From a virus, in IMG/VR virus record IMGVR_UViG_3300037309_000059, positions 1 to 64,000 of that record: a stretch of 64,000 nucleotides of DNA; one strand, 5' to 3'. Of the stretch, positions 47,787 to 57,063 are shown piece after piece. Numbering within the stretch: position 1 is the first letter of the stretch; the number at the start of each line of letters is the position of its first letter. The notes beneath the pieces are model-generated. The model saw nothing but the letters and a program-made list of their open reading frames with translations, was not told the origin of the DNA and ran no database searches. Both the position numbers and the translations under genes were made by a program.

Positions 47787-49199
47787 TCAGGAGCCCAACG
47801 CGCAGGCGATCAGGCGAGTCTCGCCGCTTGGCACCGGTTGTCGCGCCTTGCCGATCGTCGAAGCGCGCCGCAGATCGTCGCCCTGCGCACGGGCCACGCC
47901 GGGGATCGTCGAGGTCTCCAGAAGGTCGCCGGGCCTGATCGGCCCGACCGCCTTGATCCGCCCGGCGCCCGTGTCCTCGATCAGCAGGTGCCGCATCGTG
48001 CTGCCGTCGGGCAGCGTCATCTCGCTGACCCCGGAGACCACGCCGTAGACCTCGGGATCACCCGGCTGGTCGGACAGGCGGACCAGGGGATGGCGCGCAG
48101 CACCGTCGGCGAGCATGTCGGGCGTCGAGCACACCACGGTGCCCAGGAGATCGTCCTCATCGCCCTCGAAGGGAAAGGCCCAATTGCTCTGATGGGAAAG
48201 CGTGGCGCCGACAAGCGATGTCGTGCCGTTGGTGGTCGCGATGTAGCCCTGGATCAGATCATCGCGGAAGAAACCGATGTGAACACCGTCGCTGCCGCGG
48301 CGATTACAGTTGATCTGACCAGCATTGGTATTGGTGCAGAAGAACTCGCTATTGTAGAACTCAAATCCGTTGAGACTGAACCCCTGGACGCCCTTGTTGA
48401 TGATAACATCGCCTTGGCCGTCGAAAGGATTGATGAAAATCTCCGACCCAAAGTTGCTGGATCGGGCCAGGATCATCGTCTGAAGATTGCCGTCCTTCGC
48501 GACGTCGATCTGGAACTGGCCGTCGTGATTCCCCGTCGCATTGGTCCAGATCATGGACTGGAACTGCGCGTAGATCACGTCGGCGCCGGACGGGTTGCGG
48601 CCGAGCCACTGAATGGCGCCGATAACGTCGCCCTCGGTCGGGCTGTTGGTGATCCGCTGGAGCTGGAAGTAGGGGCCGGCAGCGGCGCCATCGTCCGAGT
48701 AGACGATTCGCGTGGTGCGCGGCGTGACGATTGTCGCCAGGGCGCCGCCGACCACGGTGTAGAGCGTGCCGGACGCCACGGGCGCGAAGATATAGCCGGT
48801 GCCGTCGCCGAACTGCAGGCGGTAGTCGCCCATGTTCTGGTGGGCGAGCCAGCGATTGGGGACGCTCAGGGCCACCGCTTCCTCGCCGGCCAGCGAGGTG
48901 TAGATCGTCAGCGGCGTGCCGGGGTCCCAATCGACCGGGTTCTTCGAGCCGTTCGACTGCGCCTTGATCTCGGTGCGCGCGAGGATCGGCGCCGACCCGC
49001 CGGACTTGGTGGCCCAAAGGGTCTCGAAGGTGCCGTCGGCCGCGATTGCCGTGATGAGGGTCTGATCGCCGTCGGCCAGCTCGGCAAACTGCCGCCAGTT
49101 GGCGACGCTGACCAAAGGCGTGCCGGGCGTCACACCATAGCTGCCGGTGCCCGTCATCGTCGTCGTGGCGCGAACGCCGCTCACCAAGAGCTTCGCCAT
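47787..49199 (-). CDS. tail tip / fibre-like protein (470 aa)
   Basis: The start MAKLLVSGV is at 49199. The call rests on its position after the hub-like gene. Confidence 0.55.
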   Translation of the reverse strand: MAKLLVSGVRATTTMTGTGSYGVTPGTPLVSVANWRQFAELADGDQTLITAIAADGTFETLWATKSGGSAPILARTEIKAQSNGSKNPVDWDPGTPLTIYTSLAGEEAVALSVPNRWLAHQNMGDYRLQFGDGTGYIFAPVASGTLYTVVGGALATIVTPRTTRIVYSDDGAAAGPYFQLQRITNSPTEGDVIGAIQWLGRNPSGADVIYAQFQSMIWTNATGNHDGQFQIDVAKDGNLQTMILARSSNFGSEIFINPFDGQGDVIINKGVQGFSLNGFEFYNSEFFCTNTNAGQINCNRRGSDGVHIGFFRDDLIQGYIATTNGTTSLVGATLSHQSNWAFPFEGDEDDLLGTVVCSTPDMLADGAARHPLVRLSDQPGDPEVYGVVSGVSEMTLPDGSTMRHLLIEDTGAGRIKAVGPIRPGDLLETSTIPGVARAQGDDLRRASTIGKARQPVPSGETRLIACALGS

Positions 49200-49201
49200 G
49201 A

Positions 49202-51037
49202 TTACCCGACCAGGAGCAATTCGGTGGACTGGATTCCCGGCTGCTCGTCGATCGCCAGCACCAAGAGCCCCTTGCCGTTGCGCAGGTCGTGGCGGGGGTA
49301 GGTGATGACGACGTTCGACAGGACGTCGGCGCGGAACGGGATGCCGCGCAGCCGGGCGCGGTAGAGCGCCCATATCGGGCTGTAGAAGCGCAAGATCGCC
49401 TGGGCGACGGCCTCGGCGTCGGCCTTGCGGACCAGGATCGAGTCGATCTCCAGCGGCTGGCGGTCGGGCACGAGCTGCGCCATCGACTCGTCGGTCGCGC
49501 TGGTGATCGAGGTCTCGCGCTGGACCTCGGCGGCCTCCTCTTGGGCAAGAGCCGCCGAGGTCTCGTCAACGGTCAGGGGCCGCCAGTTGCGGGCATAGCG
49601 AACCTGGACCGTGTTCCATGGGGCGCCCCACGGCAGTGCCAGCCGCTCGACGCCGCCGGGGCCGATGTTGAGCTGAGTCCCCTTGATCGTGCTCGAACCG
49701 CCCGGACTCTCCAGGGCGCGCAGGAAGATGGCGCCCACGCGGTTACGCAGGATCACCGCGTTCACGCTGTCCGAGATTCGGGTGCAGACCTCACGCACGG
49801 TCGGGCGCTGGTCCGAGCCGATGAAGATGCCGACCTCGTAGGGGAAGGTGTCGTCAAACTCCCGGATGCGATCAATGTCGATCTCGGAAGCGGCGAACGA
49901 CGCCCTGGTCCGCAGGATGCGGAGAATCATGCCGCCGGCATAGCGGTTGAAGGTGTTGGAGCCGGGCACCGCGTAGCCGACGCCGCCGAGGTAGAGGACG
50001 TTGCCCGTGTAGCCGACCAGACCGTCGCGCAGGCCGTCGCCCTCGACGTCCACGGTGACCACGCTGTAGGCGCCGCCGATGCGGAACAGCCCGAGGGGGC
50101 GGCAGGCGGCATAGAAGCCCGCCGGAATGTCGGGCTCGTCAACCTCGCCCTCGGTCGTGAGGGCTTCCAGCTCCTCGTAAGTCTGAACCTCAGCCACCGG
50201 CTGCAGCGGCTCGCCGCGGTCGTAGACCCTGATGGTGACGTAGGCGCCGTCGTGGACCTGGAAGATGCCGCGCAGGCGGTCGATCAGGGTCGGCGCCGCC
50301 TTCAAGCACACGCCGTAGGCGAGCGGCCTGGGCTTGCCGGCCACCGCCTCATCGCCTTGCAGGCCGCCAGTTCCGGTGTAGAGGTTCTGCTGGATCGAGC
50401 GATCGAGCCGGCTGAAATCGTCAGCCATGAAGACCTGGACCCGGTCTTCGTTGCTGATCTGGACGTCCGTCGCGCGGCCGGCGAACACGAGGCCGAACTG
50501 GTCGCGCGGCGGCGCCCTCTCGATACCTTGTGGCGAGCGCGAGGTGATCGCCGAACTCAGCCGCACCGGCCGGTCGCGCATCACCTGTTGGGTCAGAAGA
50601 TCGTCGAGCTGGCCTTCCTTGCCGCTCAGGTAGATGCGCGCGGACGTGGCGGCCACGAATCCGCTCAGCCGCTCACCCGTCACCGGCAGCTCGCGGCGCA
50701 CCCGAAGGTCACCCACGTTGACCAGGGGCTCGATCCAGCCCTCGATATCGGCCAGACCCTCGGCCGTGCTGACGTAGCGCCGGGTGGGCGCAGGGACGGC
50801 GACCGTGCGGGTGAGCGTGTAGGGCTGCGAGATGCCCGAGATGCCCAGGGGGTCGATCCCGGACCCGCCGATCACGGACGTCGAGACGACGCCCGTCTGG
50901 CGGTAGACCGGGTCCATCTCCAAAAGCCACGCGAGCCCGACCCGGCCCGAGGATTCGAGCACGGCCTGCGTGCGCGGCGGTATTGCGAGCCGCGTCGAGC
51001 CAACGAAACCGGCAACGCCGATGGGTTCGAGGATCAA
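49202..51037 (-). CDS. minor tail protein (tail hub/tip, 611 aa)
   Basis: The call rests on its size and its position two genes after the tape measure gene. Confidence 0.6.
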   Translation of the reverse strand: MILEPIGVAGFVGSTRLAIPPRTQAVLESSGRVGLAWLLEMDPVYRQTGVVSTSVIGGSGIDPLGISGISQPYTLTRTVAVPAPTRRYVSTAEGLADIEGWIEPLVNVGDLRVRRELPVTGERLSGFVAATSARIYLSGKEGQLDDLLTQQVMRDRPVRLSSAITSRSPQGIERAPPRDQFGLVFAGRATDVQISNEDRVQVFMADDFSRLDRSIQQNLYTGTGGLQGDEAVAGKPRPLAYGVCLKAAPTLIDRLRGIFQVHDGAYVTIRVYDRGEPLQPVAEVQTYEELEALTTEGEVDEPDIPAGFYAACRPLGLFRIGGAYSVVTVDVEGDGLRDGLVGYTGNVLYLGGVGYAVPGSNTFNRYAGGMILRILRTRASFAASEIDIDRIREFDDTFPYEVGIFIGSDQRPTVREVCTRISDSVNAVILRNRVGAIFLRALESPGGSSTIKGTQLNIGPGGVERLALPWGAPWNTVQVRYARNWRPLTVDETSAALAQEEAAEVQRETSITSATDESMAQLVPDRQPLEIDSILVRKADAEAVAQAILRFYSPIWALYRARLRGIPFRADVLSNVVITYPRHDLRNGKGLLVLAIDEQPGIQSTELLLVG

Positions 51038-51810
51038 AGCCTGTGGGTGATACGATACCCGGTGGTCTCATACCCGGGAAAGGCCATTTCCCAGGGGGCC
51101 AGCTCCTCGGCCAGACCGAAGAAGGTCTCGCGGCCGAGATCGACGGCATCGGGATTAAGGCACAAGAGAATGTCGCTGCTGAGTCCGGCCTCCATCGCGA
51201 TTCGTTCGCCGAACTCTTGTGCCTCACTGGTCGGGATCGCCGGAAAGGTGATGTTCACCGCGCGCTGTACGGCGCCGGCCATCACCCATTGCTGCCCCTG
51301 ACTACCCTGCTCCCTGTTGCTGAAATCGTTGAAGGGGCGCCGGGCGCCGAACTGGAAATTGCGGCTCGGGCGGAACAGCTCGCCAGCCCATAGGCGCCCC
51401 ACCCGAAGGTCGGACGCGGCGTTGTTGAACAGGTCGACGCGCAGGTAGGCGGCGGTCACCTGCGCGGGCAGGATTTCGAGCGCCAGCGCGTAGCGCGTGC
51501 TGATGCCGCGCGTGCTCAGGCCGCTGTCGTAGACCTCGCCCAAGGTGCCGGTCGAATCCGTGAGGCTGAGCCTCACCCGCCAGTTCCCGCCCACGTTGAT
51601 GTTGTGGTTGCCGAGATAGACGGCGTCGATCGGGACCGGCCCGCCGAAGTCGACCACGATCGAGGCGTTCGGGGTTCCGTCGGTGATCCACTGCTGGCCG
51701 GGATGGGCCGTCTGGACGTTCACGGCCGGGCCGCCCGGCCACTCCGAGGAAGCGGTGACCGAACCGGCCACCACGCGGTCGAGCCAGCCGATGACGGCGT
51801 TCGTGGTCAT
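51034..51810 (-). CDS. distal tail protein candidate (258 aa)
   Basis: The start is MTTNAVIGW at 51810. It is the first minus-strand structural gene after the tape measure gene, apart from the inserted moron. Confidence 0.55.
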   Translation of the reverse strand: MTTNAVIGWLDRVVAGSVTASSEWPGGPAVNVQTAHPGQQWITDGTPNASIVVDFGGPVPIDAVYLGNHNINVGGNWRVRLSLTDSTGTLGEVYDSGLSTRGISTRYALALEILPAQVTAAYLRVDLFNNAASDLRVGRLWAGELFRPSRNFQFGARRPFNDFSNREQGSQGQQWVMAGAVQRAVNITFPAIPTSEAQEFGERIAMEAGLSSDILLCLNPDAVDLGRETFFGLAEELAPWEMAFPGYETTGYRITHRL

Positions 51811-51824
51811 GGTGAGATTCCCAC

Positions 51825-51854
51825 TTGACCGTATAGGGTGTGGCACCCTATGTA
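51825..51854 (+). promoter_or_regulatory. moron promoter with operator palindrome
   Basis: The promoter is TTGACC (51825..51830)-N18-TATGTA (51849..51854). The palindrome ATAGGGTG-TGG-CACCCTAT (51833..51851) fills the spacer, and GCACCCTA recurs at 51875..51882. Confidence 0.55.
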
Positions 51855-51893
51855 TGCCTCAGCACACTGGTGCTGCACCCTAGGAGGAATCAA

Positions 51894-52439
51894 ATGAAGG
51901 TTCGCTACACCGCCCGAGTCGACGGCGTGATCGCCGGGACCCGCACCACCGAGCGCTCCTACAGCCATGCGGTCGTCTTCACGGCCAAGAACAGCCCGAC
52001 CGGCTGGTTCGCCAGCTCCTTCCACGGCACGCACGCCGCCGCGATGCGCGCCGCGGATGCCCTGCGCAAGCACAGCATGGTCCGCGGCAAGGAGACCGTT
52101 CGGGTGGTCGCCCTGGACGTCGAATCCCGCCCGGCGCCCAGCGTCGAGGCGAAGTTGCGGGCGAGCAAGGGCGCCAAGACCCGGATCATCAACCGGCTGG
52201 AGCGCTCCGCCGCTCAATGCGAGAAGGCCATGGCCGACATGCTGGCCGACAAGGAGGGCTGGATCGCCCGGCGCCTGGAGAACGCCGTCAGGCTCAAGAG
52301 GGAGATGACGCACGAGGATGCCGAGGCGCTGTTCGTCCAGGTCCACAACAGCCACGCGAAGGACCTCACCAGGACGCGCAACCGGATCGAGGAGCTGAGG
52401 GGGGAGCGGATCGAGATGGACACGAGGGCGCCCGCATGA
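51894..52439 (+). CDS. moron protein of unknown function (181 aa)
   Basis: AGGAGG lies 7 nt before the ATG. The gene is on the opposite strand to all surrounding tail genes, and the C-terminal half is coiled-coil-like. Confidence 0.55.
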   Translation: MKVRYTARVDGVIAGTRTTERSYSHAVVFTAKNSPTGWFASSFHGTHAAAMRAADALRKHSMVRGKETVRVVALDVESRPAPSVEAKLRASKGAKTRIINRLERSAAQCEKAMADMLADKEGWIARRLENAVRLKREMTHEDAEALFVQVHNSHAKDLTRTRNRIEELRGERIEMDTRAPA

Positions 52440-52645
52440 CGAAGGACGAAATCCGCGAGGCCCGGCTGACGCTGGGCCTTTCGGCCGACAAGTTCGGCCG
52501 CGCGATCGGGCTGGGCGCCCACGGCGGGCGCACCGTCCGCCGCTGGGAGAAAGGCGACCAGCGGATCAGCGAGCGCACCGCTGCGGCGGTCCGGCTTCTG
52601 CTGGAGAATCACGCCGCCGCCCTGCGCATGGCGTCGAGGTCGTAG
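52436..52645 (+). CDS. XRE-family HTH protein
   Basis: The product has IREARLTLGLSADKFGRAIGLGAHGGRTVRRWEKG. The start is an ATGA overlap with the upstream gene, and the 3' end overlaps the tape measure stop by 37 nt. Confidence 0.6.
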   Translation: MTKDEIREARLTLGLSADKFGRAIGLGAHGGRTVRRWEKGDQRISERTAAAVRLLLENHAAALRMASRS

Positions 52646-55600
52646 CGCAGGCGGCGCAACTCCTCGACGATCCGGTTGGTGTTCTCGACATTGGAGGCGA
52701 TGACGGAGGCCGCGGTCTCCCGCTGGACCTGCGGGATCGACGCGAGCGCTTCGTCACGCTGCCGTTCGAGGACGTCCAACTGCGAGCCGACCCTACCCTC
52801 GATCTCGCGGCGAATGTCGGCCGCACCCGCCGCACCAAGGTAGCGGCCGGCGAGGTCCTGCAGCTCGCTCGCCGCCCCCGCGAGCCCCTCGATCCCCTCC
52901 AAATCGCCCGACTCGGCCAGGGCCGCAGTCTCGCGAAAGCGGCTGCGCGCCTGGGCGATCTGACCCAAGGGGCTCATCGTGTTGTCGTTCGCGATGACTT
53001 CCCTGAGCGGGTCGATCCAGTTCGAGAACAGGTCCTGGACCGACCGGACCTGGGATTCGAGCTGGCCTTCCAGCGCCCGCTCCTGCTCCTCGGTCGACCG
53101 GATCAGCTCCTGCTGCGCCTTGATGAGCGCCTGGGCGGCGGCCTCATGCGCCTCGGTGACGAGATTGAGCGGGACTTCCAGCTCGATCGCCTGCTGCGCG
53201 AGGTCCTGCATCTGCTCATTCAAGAGATCGAGCTGCAGACCCAGGCTCTGCTCGCCCTTGATCTGCCTGAGCTGCAGCACGAGCCCGTCGCGCTCCTGCT
53301 GGTACTGGAAGGCCAGGATATCGAGCTGCTTTTGCTGGCTCGCCACCAGGGCGTCGGTGTTCAGCTTGAGACGCTGCGCCTCGCGGATCGCATCCGCATA
53401 GGTCGCATTCAGATCGTCGACCGACTTCCGGTAGGCGTTCCCCGTGAAGGTGAGCTGGTCGTAGGTATCGGCGAAGGAAAGGTCCTTCGCGATCTCTTGC
53501 CCGGTCCGGCCTTGAGTGTTGGCGATGATGGTCTGCTCAGTCGCCGAAAGACCGGTCGTGCTGCCCAGCAGCTCCTCCAAGGACGCTTGAAGCGCGGTCT
53601 GAGCATCCGGATAGCGCTTCCCGTTGACCGTGATTCCGCTCTTGTTCCCGGCCTCGACGCGCAAGGAGAACCCGGAAATGGCGCCGCCCAGGTCGCTCAG
53701 GGCTTCCTGCAGGGTCTGAACCTCGCTCAGAATCCCCTGCGTGACGTTGCGGTTCTCCTGGCTGAACGACTCGTCCGAGTAGACGATCCGGCCGCGCCGG
53801 CTGTTGTAGACCTGGGCCGAGCGGTCGTTGCCCAGGTCGTTCTCGGACCCAAGCAACCCACCCAGGAACCCGCCGCCGGCACCACCGATCGCAGCGCCGA
53901 TGTAGGGCGCGAAGGGGGCCAGAGGCGCGAGCGGCGTCGCCAGGAGTATCGGAGCCAGGGCGGTGCCGGCCGCAAAGCCGCCAGCGGCCCCCAGGCCGCC
54001 GCCCAGCGCGCCGAACTTGCCGCTGCCGCCGGTCGCCTGGGCGATCAGTGAGCCGCCGACGACGCCAGCGGCGCCCGCGGCCAGGGTCGGGTTCTGCTTG
54101 GCGAAGTTCAGCGCAGCGCCGCCCAGGCTCTGACCGGGCTGGGCCGCCTGGGTCGCGATCTGCGCGATGGCGGCGTTCACGGGTGCCGCGATCAGCGCGC
54201 CGCCGATGCCGCTGACCGCGTTGACCATGGCGTCGGCGAAACTCGAAGCGACGTCGCTGAAATCGTAGTTGCTGGCGTCGGTCAGTGCGGTCGAGATGGT
54301 GTCGGAGAAGACCCCGGCGATCTCCGCCGTCAGCTCGCGGAAGGGCTGGGCCAGAATGTCGGCCTGTTGCTTCGCGATCCGCTGGGCCTCGGCCTCCTGG
54401 TCGGCCCTTACGCCGGCCGCAGCCGCATCCGCCTCGCGCTCGGCTTCCGCGAACTCCTGGTTGTATTCCTTGAGGCGCCGCGTTTCCTCATCTCGCGCCT
54501 CGGTGGTCGCCCTGGTTATCAGCTCCTGCTCGGCCTTGAGCTGATTGAAGCGCCTGATCTGCACTAGCGCGGCGCCAGTGACGTTGAAGGATGCTTCGAG
54601 CGAGTCCCGCTCGGCGTCGATCTGAATCTTGACCTGCCGGTAGGATTCCTCGCTGACCTTGTTGGCCTCGGCCAGCCGGCGAGCCGCGTCGGCCTCGAAC
54701 TCGGCGATCGTGATCGCCTTGTTGTCCACGCCGGCCTGACGCTCGGCCTCGCGGGCGGCGCGCTCGGCGATCTTGGCCTTCTCGTCTTGCGCGTCCTCGA
54801 ATGCCTTGAGGTCTTCGTTCAAGGTACGAAGCGTCTGCTCAAGACGATCTTCGTCGAGCTTCGCCCTGTCCTTGTCCGCCTTGTCGGCGGCGGCAACCTC
54901 CTCATCGAGATTGCGGATGGTGAAATCGAGGCGCTGCTGCTCCAGATCGCGCCTCGCCTTTTCGGCGCGCTCGACGATCTGCAGCTCGGCGGCGACCTGG
55001 GTCTGGAGATCGGTCAGGCGCTGGTCTTCCAGCTTCTGCCGCTCCGCGTCGGCCTCACGCTGGCCTTCCAGAATCTCCTGACGCTCTTGCCGCTCAGCGA
55101 CGGGATCGCGGCTGCTGCCGAAGATGATCCGGTTCGGATCGGTGCCCTCGTTTAGCGCCTTCCTCGCGTTCGCCAGCTCGACCAGGGTGTTGATGGTCTC
55201 GCGGCTGACCTTGTTGACCCTGTCGAGTTCAACGAAAAGTTCTGTGATCCCCTCGCTGTCACCCGCCCTGACCAGGGTCTCGACGCGCGCAAGCAGGGCG
55301 TCGGCATTGGACTCTGCGGCGGCTTCCAGCTCGGCGAGCTGCGTCAGGTTGATGAGCCCGCCGGGATTGGCGACTTGGCCGGGGGCGGGCGTCCTGTTCT
55401 TGAGAAGGTCGCGGAGATTCAGGCCCTGCAGAACCTCGGCGATGTTGTCGCCCGCCGCGGCGGTGGCTTCGTCGATCTGCTCCTTGTCGAGCTTTGCCAG
55501 TTCCGCGATCAGCGTGCGGGTGGCGCCCGAGGCTCCATCCAGGGCTTGCTGGTATTCCTCGGCCTTGTCCTTCGCCTCATCCATCGCGTCGATGAAGTCG

Positions 55601-56064
55601 TCGAGCGCCGTCGGCGTCTCAGCCGCCGCGTCTTCGAGCTGGCGGAAGTAGAGGATCGTGCCGGCCAGCACCGCGCCCAAGGCGCCAGCGGCGGCGCCCA
55701 CGATGCCCAGCGTGTTGCCGAACACGCCCAGCGAGCCCGCGAGCTGCGAGCCCTGTTGCGAGAGGGCTACCAGCGCATCGGTGCCGCTCGTGACCTGGAC
55801 GGCGAAGTCGCCGACCTGGAAGCCGGCCTGACGGGCGAACTCGCCGAACTCGCGCAGGGTCCTTGAGGACGACCGGGCGCCAGTGCCGGCTTCCTCGATC
55901 GCCTTCGAGGCGACGTCGACCGCCTGGGCCGTGCGGTTGGCGGCATTGGTGAGCCGGTCGAACTCACGCTGGCCTTCTTCGCCCAGGTTGCGCAGAAGGC
56001 CCAGCGACTTCTCGATATTCTCGACCGCGACACGAACCGCAACCGTGTTCGAGGTCGTCGCCAT
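52609..56064 (-). CDS. tail tape measure protein (1151 aa)
   Basis: The protein has a long coiled-coil sequence and a Gly/Ala-rich hydrophobic central segment. It sits directly after the G/GT chaperone pair. Confidence 0.9.
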   Translation of the reverse strand: MATTSNTVAVRVAVENIEKSLGLLRNLGEEGQREFDRLTNAANRTAQAVDVASKAIEEAGTGARSSSRTLREFGEFARQAGFQVGDFAVQVTSGTDALVALSQQGSQLAGSLGVFGNTLGIVGAAAGALGAVLAGTILYFRQLEDAAAETPTALDDFIDAMDEAKDKAEEYQQALDGASGATRTLIAELAKLDKEQIDEATAAAGDNIAEVLQGLNLRDLLKNRTPAPGQVANPGGLINLTQLAELEAAAESNADALLARVETLVRAGDSEGITELFVELDRVNKVSRETINTLVELANARKALNEGTDPNRIIFGSSRDPVAERQERQEILEGQREADAERQKLEDQRLTDLQTQVAAELQIVERAEKARRDLEQQRLDFTIRNLDEEVAAADKADKDRAKLDEDRLEQTLRTLNEDLKAFEDAQDEKAKIAERAAREAERQAGVDNKAITIAEFEADAARRLAEANKVSEESYRQVKIQIDAERDSLEASFNVTGAALVQIRRFNQLKAEQELITRATTEARDEETRRLKEYNQEFAEAEREADAAAAGVRADQEAEAQRIAKQQADILAQPFRELTAEIAGVFSDTISTALTDASNYDFSDVASSFADAMVNAVSGIGGALIAAPVNAAIAQIATQAAQPGQSLGGAALNFAKQNPTLAAGAAGVVGGSLIAQATGGSGKFGALGGGLGAAGGFAAGTALAPILLATPLAPLAPFAPYIGAAIGGAGGGFLGGLLGSENDLGNDRSAQVYNSRRGRIVYSDESFSQENRNVTQGILSEVQTLQEALSDLGGAISGFSLRVEAGNKSGITVNGKRYPDAQTALQASLEELLGSTTGLSATEQTIIANTQGRTGQEIAKDLSFADTYDQLTFTGNAYRKSVDDLNATYADAIREAQRLKLNTDALVASQQKQLDILAFQYQQERDGLVLQLRQIKGEQSLGLQLDLLNEQMQDLAQQAIELEVPLNLVTEAHEAAAQALIKAQQELIRSTEEQERALEGQLESQVRSVQDLFSNWIDPLREVIANDNTMSPLGQIAQARSRFRETAALAESGDLEGIEGLAGAASELQDLAGRYLGAAGAADIRREIEGRVGSQLDVLERQRDEALASIPQVQRETAASVIASNVENTNRIVEELRRLRYDLDAMRRAAA

Positions 56065-56474
56065 CAGCGCTTCATCCGCTTGCGGATTTGACCCTCAGCA
56101 GCGTTCATCGCCTGCAGGGCCGCCATCAGCGCGCTCGGCTGCTCGGCGAAGCCGCCGCCGAACGGCAGGAAGCCCTGGCCGCCCATGCTGTCGCGGCGGT
56201 AGGCGGCCCAAATGTCGACCAGCCCGTGATCCTCATCGTCCAGGACGTAGGCGGGGTGGACGCGCAGCACCCGGTAGCGCTCCCATAGGTCGCGCCAGCC
56301 GAGCGCGCCCAGGGTATCGGCATCGGGCCAGAGGTCGCCCTGCCCGCGCAGCCATGTCAGGCAGTGGCCGTCCCGGTCGCGGCCTTCGAGCGGCCGTTCC
56401 GGCGTGAACCGGTCCCAGCCGACGAAGACTCGGCTTCCTTCGAGGGCGTTGAGGACGGCGAGGGCGAGTTTCCC
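56064..56474 (-). CDS. gpT-analogue extension reached by -1 frameshift (GT fusion C-terminal part)
   Basis: The -1 frame is open from the slippery site to 56064. It reads KLALAVLNALEGSRVFVGWDRFTPERPLEG...AEGQIRKRMKR with good composition, and its stop abuts the tape measure ATG. Confidence 0.6.
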   Translation of the reverse strand, partial: GKLALAVLNALEGSRVFVGWDRFTPERPLEGRDRDGHCLTWLRGQGDLWPDADTLGALGWRDLWERYRVLRVHPAYVLDDEDHGLVDIWAAYRRDSMGGQGFLPFGGGFAEQPSALMAALQAMNAAEGQIRKRMKR

Positions 56475-57055
56475 ATTCGCGCCTCGCCGGGCTCGACCAG
56501 GGGCATGATCTCGCGGCCGATCGCCTCGAAGTCGGCGGTCGGGATCATCGCCAGGGTCGACTCACTCGGGCCTTCGAGGTCCTTCTCGAAGGGCTCGGGG
56601 CGATCCCAGCCCACCAGGAACATGCGGGCGGCCACCTGACCGACGATCTCGTCATGAACCACGTTGTCGCCGCACGCCTGGGCGAACTCGCGATCGTTCT
56701 CGGCGATCAGGTTCAAGAGCCGCAGCATGTCGACGCCGAAGGTGACCGCCTCAAGAAAGGCGTTGTCGGCGGCGATGCCGGGGTTGCGCTCGCGATGGGC
56801 CAGGGCCTCGCTCGCTTCGTGCAGATAGGTCGTCAGCACCTCACGGGCGAGATTGCCCCGGTCGTCGGGCAGGAAGCGCGTCACGCCCTCACGGGCGATC
56901 CTGACCAGGGCCATGTTGGACCAGCGCCGGGCGCCGGCCGCCACGCGGGACCGGCGGAACCGGACCCGATCGGCGACCGTGGGCACGCGCAGGAGATAGG
57001 TCGGCCCGTCCTCGCGCGGCTTGAACGGGAACGGAACCTTGGGGTCACGAATCAT
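56357..57055 (-). CDS. tail assembly chaperone (gpG analogue)
   Basis: The gene lies between the tail tube and tape measure genes and contains a slippery heptamer near its 3' end. Confidence 0.7.
   Translation of the reverse strand: MIRDPKVPFPFKPREDGPTYLLRVPTVADRVRFRRSRVAAGARRWSNMALVRIAREGVTRFLPDDRGNLAREVLTTYLHEASEALAHRERNPGIAADNAFLEAVTFGVDMLRLLNLIAENDREFAQACGDNVVHDEIVGQVAARMFLVGWDRPEPFEKDLEGPSESTLAMIPTADFEAIGREIMPLVEPGEARMGNSPSPSSTPSKEAESSSAGTGSRRNGRSKAATGTATA
56468..56474 (-). other. -1 programmed frameshift slippery heptamer G_GGA_AAC
   Basis: On the minus strand the sequence is ATG GGA AAC in the zero frame, which fits the canonical X_XXY_YYZ pattern. Confidence 0.6.
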
Positions 57056-57063
57056 CGGCTGGA

